A stretch of DNA of 64,000 nucleotides. Source: Iphione sp. A-MEVVRFRX5 (lineage: Eukaryota). Under the pieces are notes generated by a model. It searched no databases. It was not told the DNA's origin and saw only the letters and a list, made by a program, of their open reading frames with translations. The first letter of the stretch is position 1. The number at the start of each line of letters is the position of its first letter. The position numbers were made by a program, and so were the translations under genes. Below, one piece after another: positions 34,051-47,773 of this stretch. The stretch is taken from assembly GCA_976226885.1 (NCBI GenBank), contig OZ320314.1, forward strand, positions 35,588,001 to 35,652,000, in the 5' to 3' direction.

Positions 34051-37000
34051 GCAAAATGACAGTTGTCAGTGACCTGTCAAACGTGATTCTTATATTGATA
34101 TTTATTCAGAGTGTGCCCCCTTACTTTTGAAAAGTGGCTGGCCTAGAGAGCAAAGCCTTTCGTATATGGCATGATGTATACATGTACACACATTATCATC
34201 ATTCAGGAGCCTTGGCGATATTCACGTAGGAAAGTCGTGTACTTGTGGTCTAACTCCGTGTCGTATGAGTATAAAATTAATGCTACTATTGTGCCAATAT
34301 TATTGAGTTGATTCTGTTCGACTACGGAGTAAGCGTTCTTTGTTGTATTAAAAAACCTACTACCGGAGGATCATCTCTGGCTCAGTACAAGAACATGCTC
34401 GCCACTTCACACGGAAGGAAAGGTATGAGTAGATCTATTTATAATCACTCCATTATCTCATTCGCTATTTCCTTTTTCATAACGAGTGTATCTACTCATA
34501 TTTCATGGTGCAGCAAGTGAATCCGTCTCTGCTTCATGATCTGCTTAGGCTATTTGGTCATATTTCATCATAGATGGATGTTTTGCACCAGGAGAGGATG
34601 ATTTCCTATTTGTCTCTTCATTTAGCCGGTTGATTTTCCTGCCACTTGGGAGAGAGACTTGCCATTTTGACAAAGACAACTGCCATTTACATGTATTATG
34701 TCACAATATAGCCACGCGCAAGCACTTTGTGTCAGTTTAACGATCGTAGAAGAGCGGTGAATGGTTATTATCAATATCTGGGTAAAGATAAGGGTATTCA
34801 GGTAAAAAGTTTAGGATGAAAACAAGGTAAGGATTTGGGAAAGGTTCGGAATAACGGTGAAAATCAGGCTTTGGCTAAATCATTCCGTATCTACCTTAAG
34901 CTTGATTCTACACAATTTTACTTGCCCCTTGAGCCAGTATATCCTGCGAAATTTAATTTCCCAACACGTTCGTTCCATGAGCAGTTTTTCCCCTGGAGTT
35001 TTCTTCCAAGAACAATTTGTTGCAAAAGGTCTCCTTTCTGAACGGGCTTTCCCAATGGTATTTTTGTTTCCCAATTTTTCTCATGATGTTTCAGTCCCAG
35101 ACGATAGTCCCAGTCCTCTCCTCAGATTCATTCCCACACCGTTTCGTAGATATTTTAACTTGGAACCTGCGATATTTTGTTCCCATATTAACTTATCCCA
35201 ACTTGTATACTTGGACCAGCTGATCCTGGACTACTTCCTTCCTAAATATTCCTGTTTTAGTTTTAATTCATGTTCCTTGGTGTTTTATCCTTGTAGCAAT
35301 TCGCTCTAGGATGGTTCGTACTGGAGGTTCCGTCCTCAATCACGTCATCTCAGACTCAGACTATTTCATCCCCATATAATCTCTGAACCACTTCCTCCCC
35401 AGACTCCTAACTGATTCAGAGATAGACCGATTAGTGCAACTGCAAGGAAACAAAGATAACCCCCCAAAAAAGAGACATAAATGAAACCAAGAAAGAATGA
35501 GCAACGGGAGAGCGGAGGGAATATCCTACAGACGTAACTTAAACCTACATGGCCATTTACATGCATGCACGTAGAGATTATGGACACACTGAAGTTTTGA
35601 TCTCACCCACATGGACAGACGAACAGACGCACTGATTCGCACCATACACACAGTGGGCGGCCGCAGGTCGTGGCTTTTGATGGCACGTATTATGTGCGCG
35701 TACCTTCTTGCGTCAGATAACCTTGCTATTCAGTGGTATAGATAAGCCCACAACAGGACGCATTTCACAAATACATGGCGTTTCTGTTTGATGAGTGATA
35801 TGATACATGTACTCGCTGGATGGCAAAATCTGAGCCATTTCCCTCTTCCTGTGATCGTCATTGAGCGAAAAACACTGCAAAGCCGATGCATGATCCCCAA
35901 AATATGGCCTCTGTGAATTAGTGCTTGTGGTCAGTTTTGGGAATATTATTTACTCATTATCAAATCGGCCACAATACCCATGTGCACATGTCTTTGTAGC
36001 CAATGCCTCGAAGGACAGACCTGAAATTATCTAGCATTTCGGTTAGTAGGCTTTGGTAGCCTCCAGCACAGAGCCGAGTGGTACAGTCGAGAAGATGAGA
36101 GGTCTTGCACAGTTACATCCTCAGAAACCCGCTCACTCTCTGGATTTGCCATTGAAACCTGCTAGTTCAGGCTCTTTTGTCCTAAGCACGGAGGACTAAA
36201 CAAAGACGGGTGGTCCAATATTTCCGCCTCAACTTACCCACGGCCTAGAAAAGGAGAGGCAATTGCATGAGAATAATGTCAACACTGGAGCAGAGCTCAC
36301 GCTCCAGATAAGTAGCAAAGATGCATTTTATGGTACAGGCACCAATTACCTGGCGAGTCATCGTTGGAAGGCCTCCCCGCACAGATGACCGCTAGACATG
36401 TTATTGGATAATTTACCGGCAGTCTAATCCAAACATCTAAGCGTCGTCACGTGATATTTATACCATCCCTTTGTCAGGGAGAAGAGGTGAGTTAATTGAA
36501 ACCTGCGAGATAATTAAAGGATTAGAGGAGTTTAATAGAAAGCCAAATACGGTCATATAGGAATTGATAGCTGTTTTTGGATGAGGGATCATGTTTCTTC
36601 TATTGTAGATTTTATGCAATCGTATCACGTGAAATGATGCAATTTCCGGTATCAGTATATACATATGCTAACCAGCGCTACGGCTGCACCAAACTAGAAA
36701 CGGTGAAATTTATTACTAAAATGCTCAAAACCTCCTCCCATTCTTGAATACTCACGGCTTGTGGCGCGATATACTCAAATATGGTCATATGAAACTCAAT
36801 CAGATGCCACATGAGTAGTCTGCAAGGAACATAATGAAAACTATCTTTACTAAGCGGAGGCTCTATTAGCTGGATAAACTTCACTCGAGACGTCCTTACA
36901 AGCCTCAACACTTACTGAAAATTAAAATGCGTTTAAATCGGAATCGCTAATAATGCTTTCATAAAGCGGACTTTTCTGAAGGATTATTTCATGTATCGGA

Positions 37001-38809
37001 GCTAATAACCCTGTATTTGGTTCTTTTTGAACTTCATCTTAATAGCTAGAGGTCTGGACTCATTAGAGAGCCGCCCTCTACGGGAGAGACTACTGTAGTC
37101 AGTGAAGTGTTAGGGCCACGATCCAGTTATACAGGTAGGTCTGGTGTGTCTCTCTCAGTCTGTATGCAGACTCAGCGCACCAGTCTTCGATTAGAAGCGG
37201 GAGTCCGGTATCTGGCGTGTATCCACAATTCAGGTCCCAGATGGGCCACAGTACCTTAAGGCAAATATTGATAAATAGCAATGGATGATCGACAAATTTC
37301 ATGAATATTTGAATACTCGCGACGAACATCTTACATGCTCTTTAGAACTCATTACTTCTGAACCATCAAATCACGTCACGCCATACGAATATCTTCAAAT
37401 GACTGGGTGATGAAAGTAAAGGTGTTTTATCGTTAGCCATGATTTCAGCTGGTTTATTACCCAGTGGGGACAGTTTCTAGTGCTGCCTATTCAAAGGCTG
37501 CGATAAGCAGTAATTAATCAGCGTGAGTAAAAACGCACCGATATCCTAAATACATGCAATTATAAGATGGAAAAAGTAAATACATGTATTAGATAATTAG
37601 GACTTCATGATTTTGTTTAGGTGGTTTGAATTTGCATGAGGGAATGACCTTGTAACAATAATGTTATAGATGTATTAGAAAGTTTCATCTAATCACTCAC
37701 ACAATAATATTTACACAAGATTTAAGTAAATACGTATACAATGCTTCCTCAGGAACCAGTACCTCTGGTTCCTAACCATTTCAGTTACACAGAAATTGTC
37801 TGTTGTAGAAATAGATTATAGTAGAAGCTCCAGCTGCAGTGCTCTTCAAAAGTCGGTTGGTGAAGCAGTCCTGTTGGTTAAGTGGTTGTTGGCTCCGGAC
37901 GGATCACTTTGCTCTACTTCCGAGTAACTTTCCGTTTTTGAGGGTAGCCTGTAGCCACAATAAAACAAACGATTGCACATCAATCAAAGGCAATATGGGA
38001 ACGTTTGTCGCACTTCAGCAAACAAATTACTTGGAAATAGAATTACGACAGTCATAAAAATGCTTCACAAATGAAAGTCCATAAATATGCGTTATCCAGT
38101 AGCTCAGTGGCACCATTTTGATTTAAGGATTGAAATTGCACAGTCCGTTTAACGTGACTTCTACCTTTCACATTTCTCCTCTCCGTTGATCGCTATATAT
38201 CTCTGGTCACTATCAATAGTTTCTCTTGTGCCGTTCTCAGGACTCTTTGTGCATCCTTTTCTTAATTCATTCTGTACAATTACGAAGAACTATGTACAGT
38301 GTGTAGTTACTAAAAGACTCAGGGAAATTTTGAACATGTAATACAGAATTTCATTTCTTCCCTATGAATAGATCTGTCGAATGTACCCTTTTAGACCCTG
38401 TCGCTTTTTCTTAACGCTTTATCTACCATTTTTGTCCACTCTGTAAGCCATTAATGGGGAATCACGAGTGTTTCTGCAAATAGTAACTCGGATACAGCCA
38501 CTTAGGCTTTTATTTCCATTGCTGTCAGCGTAGATGGCCATAAATACATGGAGGGAAATATGCGTTCGTGTACAACAATATGTATAGGCAATTTGACTGT
38601 AGAGAATTACATGATATATCTACATGAGAGGATTTTCATCCGAAAAGAACATCACACCAAATCATTTACAATGTTGTCTGTACATTATCTATGCCTTCCT
38701 GTGCTGACTGTGCCCCCCTTTCATGCACTTCAGTGCCCAAAAGGAACCATGGTCCGTGAAGACAGGCATGTTCTCTGGATATATACCCATACATCAACAC
38801 ATGATTTAG

Positions 38810-39220
38810 AGGAAAAGTTTTAGAGGAAAAAGGGATGAATAATGCTAAAAGCTGCAAAAAAAGGGTGAAAATGACAAATGATTAAAACGGACAAATATAA
38901 TACTAAAAGCTGTGAAAAATGGTGAAAATGATGGGAAAAGGTCCAGAAAAGGATGAATATGTGCATAAATGATGCTTTAAAGTGAGGAAATGTGAAGAAA
39001 TATGAAAAAATAGCAGTGCATTGGTGTGTGGGTGTTCTCGTATCTGGAGAATTATTGAGCATGTACCAAAAATGAACAACACAAGGCAGTGCGAGGATAT
39101 GCACACAGACACCTCTTGCAGGTACGAAAACCAGGTCATTAGAAACAACATGATCAATACGAATGCATGCAGATGCAGCCTTATACACATGGACACTACT
39201 GTAGGTATGGAAACTAGGCT
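38810..39220. mobile_element. Partial PIF/Harbinger-like MITE (inverted relative of 2779-3412); left boundary approximate
   Basis: Right end GTATGGAAACTAGGC. The interior is the reverse complement of about 2900-3290. Confidence 0.6.
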
Positions 39221-39223
39221 TAT

Positions 39224-39839
39224 GGGCTGGTTTCCTTACCTGTGTGCACATGCATTTGCCTTCCATGTGTGTTTCCATGCATTTTACGTGTGGTTTCCTA
39301 TCATGCAGCCTCATGGATATGGGTGTCTTTTGACTCCGCATGAAGGCTGGAAGAAAAGTATGAAAAAGTATGAACATGATGCTAAAATCCACAACAATTG
39401 GAAAAATGAGGGGACAAGTGATGAAAAGGGACAATGATGATGCTAAAAAATGCAAAAAATGGCGAAAATGAGGGGAAAATTGATGAAAAAGGACTAAGTT
39501 GATGCTAAAAGCCATGGAAATCAGCAAAATTGAGGGGAAAATGATGAAAATTGACATGCTATGTGTGGCTATGTGCAGAAATGTGTTGAAATGTCCTGTA
39601 ATGTCCTGTACTATCCTCATTGCCTCCTTCAAAGGATATCTTCACTATACTTTTGTGCCTAGGTGTCCATATGCAATAAATTATTCGGCAAACCTCAAAC
39701 GGACCTCAATGGACCTCAATGCACAGAGACGTGCATGACACCTGTCATTTAAAGTCTATAGTTAAATAAAAATGCACACAAATACACCCAAAGTGCACCA
39801 AAAATGCACGAACACCAACACAGGTATGGAAACCGGCCC
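39224..39839. mobile_element. PIF/Harbinger-like MITE
   Basis: GGGCTGGTTTCCTTACCTG vs reverse complement of right end GGGCCGGTTTCCATACCTG (17/19). Flanks TAT and TTA. Same TIR family as 4507-5523. Confidence 0.8.
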
Positions 39840-42800
39840 TTAGGAATGAATATTTGCGGGGGAGTATCTGAAATTACAGAGGTGAAACTCTTGGCTAGAG
39901 AGGTGGAACACCTGGCGAGCATTCTGGGATATTCTGAACTACTGTCAAACATTTTAGAGCATATTTTTCTACAGGCCTGAAGGCAGGAAATTTTGTAGGG
40001 GGTACCTGAAATTAGAGATGGGGAACTCTTGGCTTTGTGTTGGGTATCGGATGAAACTCACTGATACCACGTGTACCTTGGTTACGGGCGTTAATGATGA
40101 TAATGATAAACGCTAATACTTGCGCATTTATTATCAGTAAATTTCTCATGGTAGATACAAAATCTCGTCGCTAGGCACCCCTACTCTGTGTCTGTGAAAT
40201 GCTAATTCACATTCCACTCCCAAATCTTTTTTTAAAGGAATGAGTACAAAAATGCTTTAAACATAACATAGTCTTACTTTCTATAAATGTACAATGATGC
40301 TTCTGATGTGAGTCCCTGAAATTCTGCAATTAAGACTGTGTAACGATTAAGCGCAAATAAATGTAACATGAGCAAGGATGTGGCCGTGCCGAGCAGATTT
40401 TGCGTTTTTACATTCAATAAAACACAAATGATGCTTCAAGGGGAAGGGGAGAGAGGGCAAGCATAAATATGTAATACATCGGCGGCAATAAACATGTGTC
40501 CTATTTATCTTTCCGAATAAAATTTCCGGTAGTGTTAATACGATTAGGTCATGTTGAATTTCATGATCGCAAAACGCGCTGAGGTCTCTCTTTTCTTTAT
40601 TGAACTAAACGAAATTGCGGAAATAGGGGGGGGGGGGGTCGTTTGCAGCTAATATTGCTCGCCTATGTCTTCCTCACAAGGGTGCGCCTTGCTCATGGAA
40701 ATATTTGACGATTTTTTGCAGCATAACTTAACTCTTAGAAGAATGTAATGGATAATAAATATGGTGGTGACGAATGTAACATCAATGTGTTTGTGAGTGA
40801 TTTGAATCATCTGGCAAGCAGAAGCATATACTATCCCCTCGGGAATACGACCATCCTTCATTCCAAGCTGATTTGGCCGGAATAGGGAGTGGTTGCTTCG
40901 ATGAGCGGTCAGTGAAGTTTATGAAATGAATGGCCTAGGAGGCTCAGCATGGTGACAGGAGAGGCAAGAAGGTAGGAAGAGAGTAGGAGGGATAGGATGG
41001 GAGCAGGAGACTCAAAGCATGAGGAAAGGCTTGAAGAGAGTTGTGAAGGTATGGTCTCAGGATGAGAGGAACTGTCAAAAACACCACAAGAAGATCACAA
41101 AGACACTGGAAAAGGTGCAAGAAGACACGTGCAGATGTGGTTGAAGGCTTAGTGGGGCGATCACAGGTATCTAAAGCCAGGAAAGACATGAGGAGAGGTG
41201 TGAGCATGTGGTTGTAAGGTGAGGTTAAATGTCAGAGATCCCTTGGAGTGGCTGGTGTACTGAAGGGTCCAGATAATAGATTATATAGGTATTATTTCTG
41301 TTCCTCGGATACTTGGCTGGAATAGTGAGGTGCCCAGATTACTGGGGTGGTTGCAGGTCAAGGGGATACCGCATGTTGCATTGTGGCAAAAGAAATCACA
41401 TATGCCACTAATCATATTAATTTCCCTTAAAATTATTGTTAGTGAAGCGGGCAAGGCAAGGACTTAATCCGTGAGGTCAGTTGAACCAGAGAATTACATC
41501 CCTTGAGGCTGAACGTTCCATTAATTTGTTTATAATGTATCTAGCTCTGGCTGGCGAAAGTTTGTATGGATAACAGATTATCCGGTTGACGAAATCACCA
41601 CCAATGCATCATCTAGCAGAGAAAACGTGGATAATAAGAAACATACAACCCTTTAACCTATTTTAGTCACTGTGCAGTGTTGTTTCTGTATTTATGGGGT
41701 AGTGGCCCACATGTGACGTATATATATTACGTTTAACCTATGTTAACTGTTCTGCTCTCTGTTGTTTCTAGTTTTAGGAGGCAATGGCTGGCTTTTCACA
41801 CTTACATATTAGTTGCTTTGTTCTGTCTATACACACTCATGGCTGGTGTTTCCTTTGTTGTAACAAATCCAGTTAAATGTGATTATTTAGTAAAGAAAGC
41901 ATCTAAAAATGGCTTGAAATACACTCCCGTTATGGTTAACAAAATCCACTTCAGCAGTTCATATTATAGTGAAAATTAATTGGTTATTCTATTTGGGTCC
42001 AGTTGCTTGCTGCAACTCTGGTAGGCGAGGTCCGAATGTATGTTGTTTTCTATTTTAGTCCTGCTTTCACTCATAGCTAGTGGTATGTAGGTTTGTTACT
42101 TTGTATCAATTTCATCTAACTCAGAATTATTACAGACATTCTAAGCATCTTGATGACAACTTATATCATTTTTCTATGACCAGCTTTGATTCGTGAAATG
42201 ATCTGAGCCTATGACCAGTGATTTTGTTGTATATAATTTTAACCAATTTAGCCATTCAATCCAACACATACCATGTATAAATTCATGTGGGTATTTATAA
42301 GGGGTGGGAGTGATCATTGAGTAATTTTTATATTTTAAGAAGGAAAGAAATAAACCTGGAACCTAAGAGAAGACCGTATTGGATAACATAAATATGTTTA
42401 CTTTAAAGATAATAAGACTGATCTGAATGCTTTCAGTGGCAATCTGAGACTGCTGTATCTGTGAATAGCAAACAAAAATCAATGAAGGATTACTTCTTGT
42501 ATGTTTTAACCAGCATTGCTCCCTGGAGAACTATAAAATAAAGCGAACCCCCCTGCTCTTAGTTGACGGCTAGAATTCACAAACTACAGTCAGAATGTGA
42601 CTATCAAATATGAATTTTGAAAAAGAAGAGATGCACAAATTTAGTTGATCATAAGCAAATTACCAGTTTTCACAGTAATCAAGTCAATTCAGCAATGACG
42701 ATTGCCAGGTTGATTTAGACAGGTAAGTCAGGAATTGATGGAGTGAGTTTGACAATATTGAAGGACATGTTAGTGATTAAATTGCTTTATTTACGAACCG

Positions 42801-45719
42801 TTTGTGAAGGTGTTTTTCGAGAGAGTTAAAGGTCTACTACAGTGCACCCATCCCTCAGCAATGATCTGTACGTGACTTTCGCAGAGCTTCAAATAGGCGA
42901 ACATATTTACTGCATTTTATAAATGAAACAGAAAATATCTTTAATTCGTACTTCATAATTCTTTATTACCATCTCCAAACGACAGTTACAAAGCTTGTGA
43001 ATGATAAACAAAAATAAAGTTTATGACATTAGTTCTTTTCATTTAATTATATATGATGTCAAAGGCACATTCAATTAACCCAGAGTTGAACTTTTATTGC
43101 CTGAAAGATTTATACAAAGGACATGTCATCAAAATAGCCATGCCTATAATAGGGAAGTTTTTTTTAAAAAACGGATTTTGATTTGCTATTTATCAAAAGG
43201 AGACTGTAGTTTGGGAAAGAACAGCCGGGGTCCGGTCTAGAAACTTTCTGCTGTACCCTGAAGCGGAACTTGTCCTCATATAGTGTTAAGAGCAACCGGT
43301 CAATTGTTCCACTGTACAAAAACAGTAGTCGCTTAGAACTATCCAATTTTTACTCATTATCTCTACTGTCAATTCTGTATAAATTGTTAGGAACCGTTTG
43401 GAATTGGTAATCACATCTTCACAGATTCCAGGTTTGGTTTAGAGATGGCAGGAGAACAGCTTATGTATGACCTGTGGAGTATTATAAAAAAACTTTTCAG
43501 GACATCAATGAAGGCCATCTATTATAAATGCATGTGGATATGTCCAAAGCATTAGGTTGTGTAGATGACAGTCTCTTAAAAACTATATATGCAGAGATAT
43601 ATCTCTCATAGAGATCACAACAAATATATTGCACTAGTTGTAAGAGTCAATCCAAAGACATTTTGGCTGGTATCTCCCAAGGATCACATTTCAGGCACCT
43701 GCTTAGTCTTATTAATGTTAAATGATAGTGTTAATCATGCATTTCCCTGTAAACTGAACGTACATGCTAATAATGATATGTGTTATACTTAAACGGCGAG
43801 CAAGGGCTTTGGCTTGATCTGTTAAACTACAGTACAATTTGTTTAACTTGTAAGTATTGTTGGGGAAATGCTACACGACAAAAAGCCCTAACAATTGTGC
43901 CTCTTGAAAGTTTCTTATTTTGATCTTAATTTGAGAACTGGGGAGTCACAATTGGAGAAAGTGCATGATTTCTCTTTTTTGGCTTTATATTAAATGGTTC
44001 TCTGAACTTTAAAATAAAGTTGATGAATTCAATGATGCTCATATTGCACAGTACGCATTCAATTTGTGTTTGGAAGGTAAAGAAAAACTTGCTCCATGAT
44101 GAGGTTCTTCAAAATTTTGTGGTTACCTCTTAACTGTGTGAAACACAATAGCTGCAATGGCTGAAACCGCAGAATATTAATCAGTCTGGAACAATTCATC
44201 TTTGTATAGGTAGTGATTTTGACCTACATTCTCTAGATTTCTCCTGAAGAGAAGAAGAGTATAATACACGCAGGCAAGATTTCCAATATCCTTCAGGAAC
44301 CTAAAGGGAATACAAACAATGCACCCCCTCGGATACTTGACCACCTACTGTGCAGGAGTTTCCACGTTTGCCTTTTTAGACAGATCTAAAGAACTTAAAC
44401 TCACTGAGCTGATAATGTGAATATTAACTTACATTATCCTGAAGAGCTCATTTGAGAAACATCATAAATGATTAGGCCCCACCAAAAATTGGTGTATTTT
44501 TGGATACCCATCCCTACCTAGTATATCCTCACCTACCTGAGCATTTTTTTTGCTAAAACGTTCCCTAGGCTGACTTCCTTAGATGTGTGTTTTGACATTG
44601 CATGTTTTGGGTAAATTCAGTTAGTCAATGAAAGTCATACAAATTCACAAACAAACCTACCAAACTCATGAAAATTGAAATAAAATGGTGAATTTCATCC
44701 AAACTGTGCCAGAAAAAGCAAAATAATTTTTTACTCATGCCAATTTAGCTGAACAATGACAAATGCATGAACATTTGGTAGAAGATGACAAAACTGCTAA
44801 ACAGGTGTAAGGAAAAGTGAGAAAATGTGAGGAAATATCTTGTTTTTTGCATAAAAAACAAATTTAACAAAGGCAATTTCAAGCCCACTTTTCATATACT
44901 GCAGTGCAAAACATGTATGCACATCCATGAAAATGCAAATATTTCTAATCTAAAAACATGGTGGCACATATATGAAAGCATGCTACATGTACTGTACACA
45001 CTACATAGTAGATGAATAGGGAAACAATTCTGGTATCTTCCATAGTTCTCCAAAGTACACACCATCATTGCTGTAAAACATGTCTTAGAAAATTCACAAT
45101 TTAGGTAAGAGACAGAGGATAAGGGAAATATACAAGGCCAAAACAAAATAGACTTTAAATCTTAAAATCTTATAGCATAGAGTACAAGTGATTTCTTTAG
45201 AGAGATAACTTGTCACAATCCCATGGAAACCCCATGGGATGGCTATGCCAATGGCTGATATGATATTTGTAACTACTGTATCCGTTCAAATGCCAAAATG
45301 ATCAAATCTCCTTTGGAGAAGTTTTAGTCTCTGAACCCTAAGTTTAAGGTATGTAGTGATGAAACTGAGCCATGCAAGGCCTTCTTCATATTGTCTTTAT
45401 TATCATCAAAAACCAGAGGAAGGAAGTAAAAAAAGAATTTAAAAAAGATTACCCCCTCCCTACCTAGGTTCTGTGCCCATCATAACCAGAACCACACCTA
45501 TTTTGGGGGCCCTATAAAGTCGCTCAATAAAACAATTTAAATTTCAGTATTGAATCAATGAATTCTGTATGAATTATACAAGTCATAAGAAAATCATCAA
45601 ATCCTTAACTTTCGGGAAATCAAAATGACAGAGGTGACATAACATTTACCCAGTGCTCCATTGAATACCTCGGGATGATGGCCTTTTTGTACAACGTGTG
45701 CACCGCTTGTATTATTATG

Positions 45720-45815
45720 TATTGCTGCAGTATCACAGACTGATGTTTATCATAGCTGCTGTGCTTATATTGCTGCAGTATCACAGACTGATGTTTATCA
45801 TAGCTGCTGTGCTTA
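45720..45815. repeat. Perfect 48-bp tandem duplication
   Basis: TATTGCTGCAGTATCACAGACTGATGTTTATCATAGCTGCTGTGCTTA occurs twice. Confidence 0.95.
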
Positions 45816-47577
45816 TATCTTCCGCCATCTCTGGATATTATAATGTTTCTAAAAGTCTACAGCTGTATCCAAATAAAAAAACTATTTTCCCATCAAACGC
45901 ATAAAGAAGCATTCTTGGATGTAGGTGTACTCATGTTGTAATCTGAGCGGCATGGACCTCATGTAAGAAGACACTTTTATAATACTTTATGTTCTGCCGA
46001 TCCTTCCAGCTTTATTGTTTTTATTTGTCTTTGTTGCTATTCTCACTTTATGCTTACTTCATGTTCAGTCTAACCGATGGACAGTGATAACTTTTCGACC
46101 ACAAGTTGCTTGTTCGATAAGAAATATGGAAAGATGCATAATATCCTATAACGTTTGGGAAATGTTTTCATCCTATTATCCAGAGCCAGCCCACTAAAAA
46201 TATGCATATTGTTGTTGCAGTTCGCCAGTGTTGCTTCTTGAAAATCATAAGCGTCAACATTTGCTTTTCCATGATTTGTACAAGAGCTGAAATAGTGCAC
46301 GCATGCTATTAATTGTCCTTGATAGGTCGACATTTCCCTATAGAGGCTGACCGATTTTGGGCATGCCATCTAGTATGCCCAGATTTACCTGACCTATACT
46401 ACTGGATATACAAATGTACTGCATCAGAAGAAAACAGATGAAGTATACATGTATATCATTTCATTGTATTTCTGTGCTCTGTATATTTGCGCTTGTTACA
46501 ATAATATCCTTTGTGTAGAGTGCTGTAGATAAAAAATGTATAATACCTATTTCTTTGCTGTCATTTTTCCCATTCGCTTCATTCAGTATTTCTTCGACCT
46601 TAATTCTGTGTGATATGTTTTTCATAGACTGATTAATATTCGTATGTCAATGCCTCTTTGCTGTCTTATTCTTTTCTGTTGATATCATATTCTGGGTCAA
46701 CCTGAGTATTTTTTGTTTCTTTACCATTTCGCTGGTGATAGTTTGCAGTATTTCTATCCCTTGGTTAGGATCAGGTTTATCATCTGCTCTGGTGGATATC
46801 CAGTCTATGTGTTTGCCCCTTGCATTGATGTATTGGATACATCAAAAGGCACATGTGCACAATTTGAGTCGTTAATGCTTCTTCTATATTGAAATTTCAA
46901 TTATCACTGGGTACAATTTATAACCTCAGTGACATACCAGAATATCATAGCTGGCTGAATGGCCAGCGTCCACATTTCCTTGAAAAATGATAATGTGGCA
47001 GCATTTTGATCTTTTTCGACCCCCCTTCCCCTCAATGAATTGGCAATAATCAGTAATTGCTTTGGGACATTCTACTATTTTTTTTAGAATCTTCCTGAAA
47101 TATTGTCTTGAACTGTCCTATTCACTAAAGATAGTTCCCTTCCATGAAAAGATGACAGAGCTTGTAAGAACTGTTTGTTTTGTTCATGTTGTCCCCAATA
47201 GAAAACTCCTCTTGGCAAAGTATTCTGTCACCTGGTTTATGGAGTCTTTTTCACAATTTCAGACATCAGCGTCTCTGGCAGCCCAGACCCATTCACTCTA
47301 ACTGTCCCACAAGCATCGATAACATGTTGAAGCAGTTCTTTTAAAAGGCTGACACTAGTCTAATAGCTGTCCAAGAAAACTGTATAGTTTTCCTAGTAGT
47401 CTAAAATTTTTGAAAATGTTAAAGTTGACATACTTAGCAAGTGACATTTTCTTCATATCTTCCTGCCCAAATCATGGGACAGTCCTCATGATTTATCCTA
47501 CAGATAGAATATAATAGACGTATCAAAATATCCCAAGATGATATTATTTGGAAAAATAAATGGTTTATGCATATATA

Positions 47578-47773
47578 CAATCAAACCTCTTTAACTGGAG
47601 ACTAAACAACGGGAAAACTGCATTAACTGGTACATGTACATACATATTGGAACAAATGTATTTTAGTAAATATTTGTTATCGGTAACTGGACTGTATTTT
47701 TTACTTTTAGATTGTCCAGTATCCAGACTACATTGACAGGATTGTGGGGTGTCCAGTTGATGAGGTTAAACTG
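47578..47773. mobile_element. Short pogo/Tigger-like MITE
   Basis: CAATCAAACCTCTTTAACTGGA vs reverse complement CAGTTTAACCTCATCAACTGGA (17/22). Flanks TA and CA. Confidence 0.65.

Noticed and set aside
36478-36600. RRGELIETCEIIKG, resembling the CR1 C-terminal RGDLIE.YKI motif
   Set aside because: It is a single motif with no supporting RT blocks upstream; plausible but not supportable alone.
38095-38125. TAGCTCAGTGG, a Pol III A-box-like string suggesting a tRNA or SINE
   Set aside because: No B-box and no cloverleaf downstream.
40700-41300. Purine-rich block as a possible LINE 3' zinc-knuckle remnant
   Set aside because: The C..C/H..C residues are incomplete and there is no adjoining RT.
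46400-47500. Partly open minus-strand frames with splice-like sites
   Set aside because: Every frame has in-frame stops and no domain was recognised.
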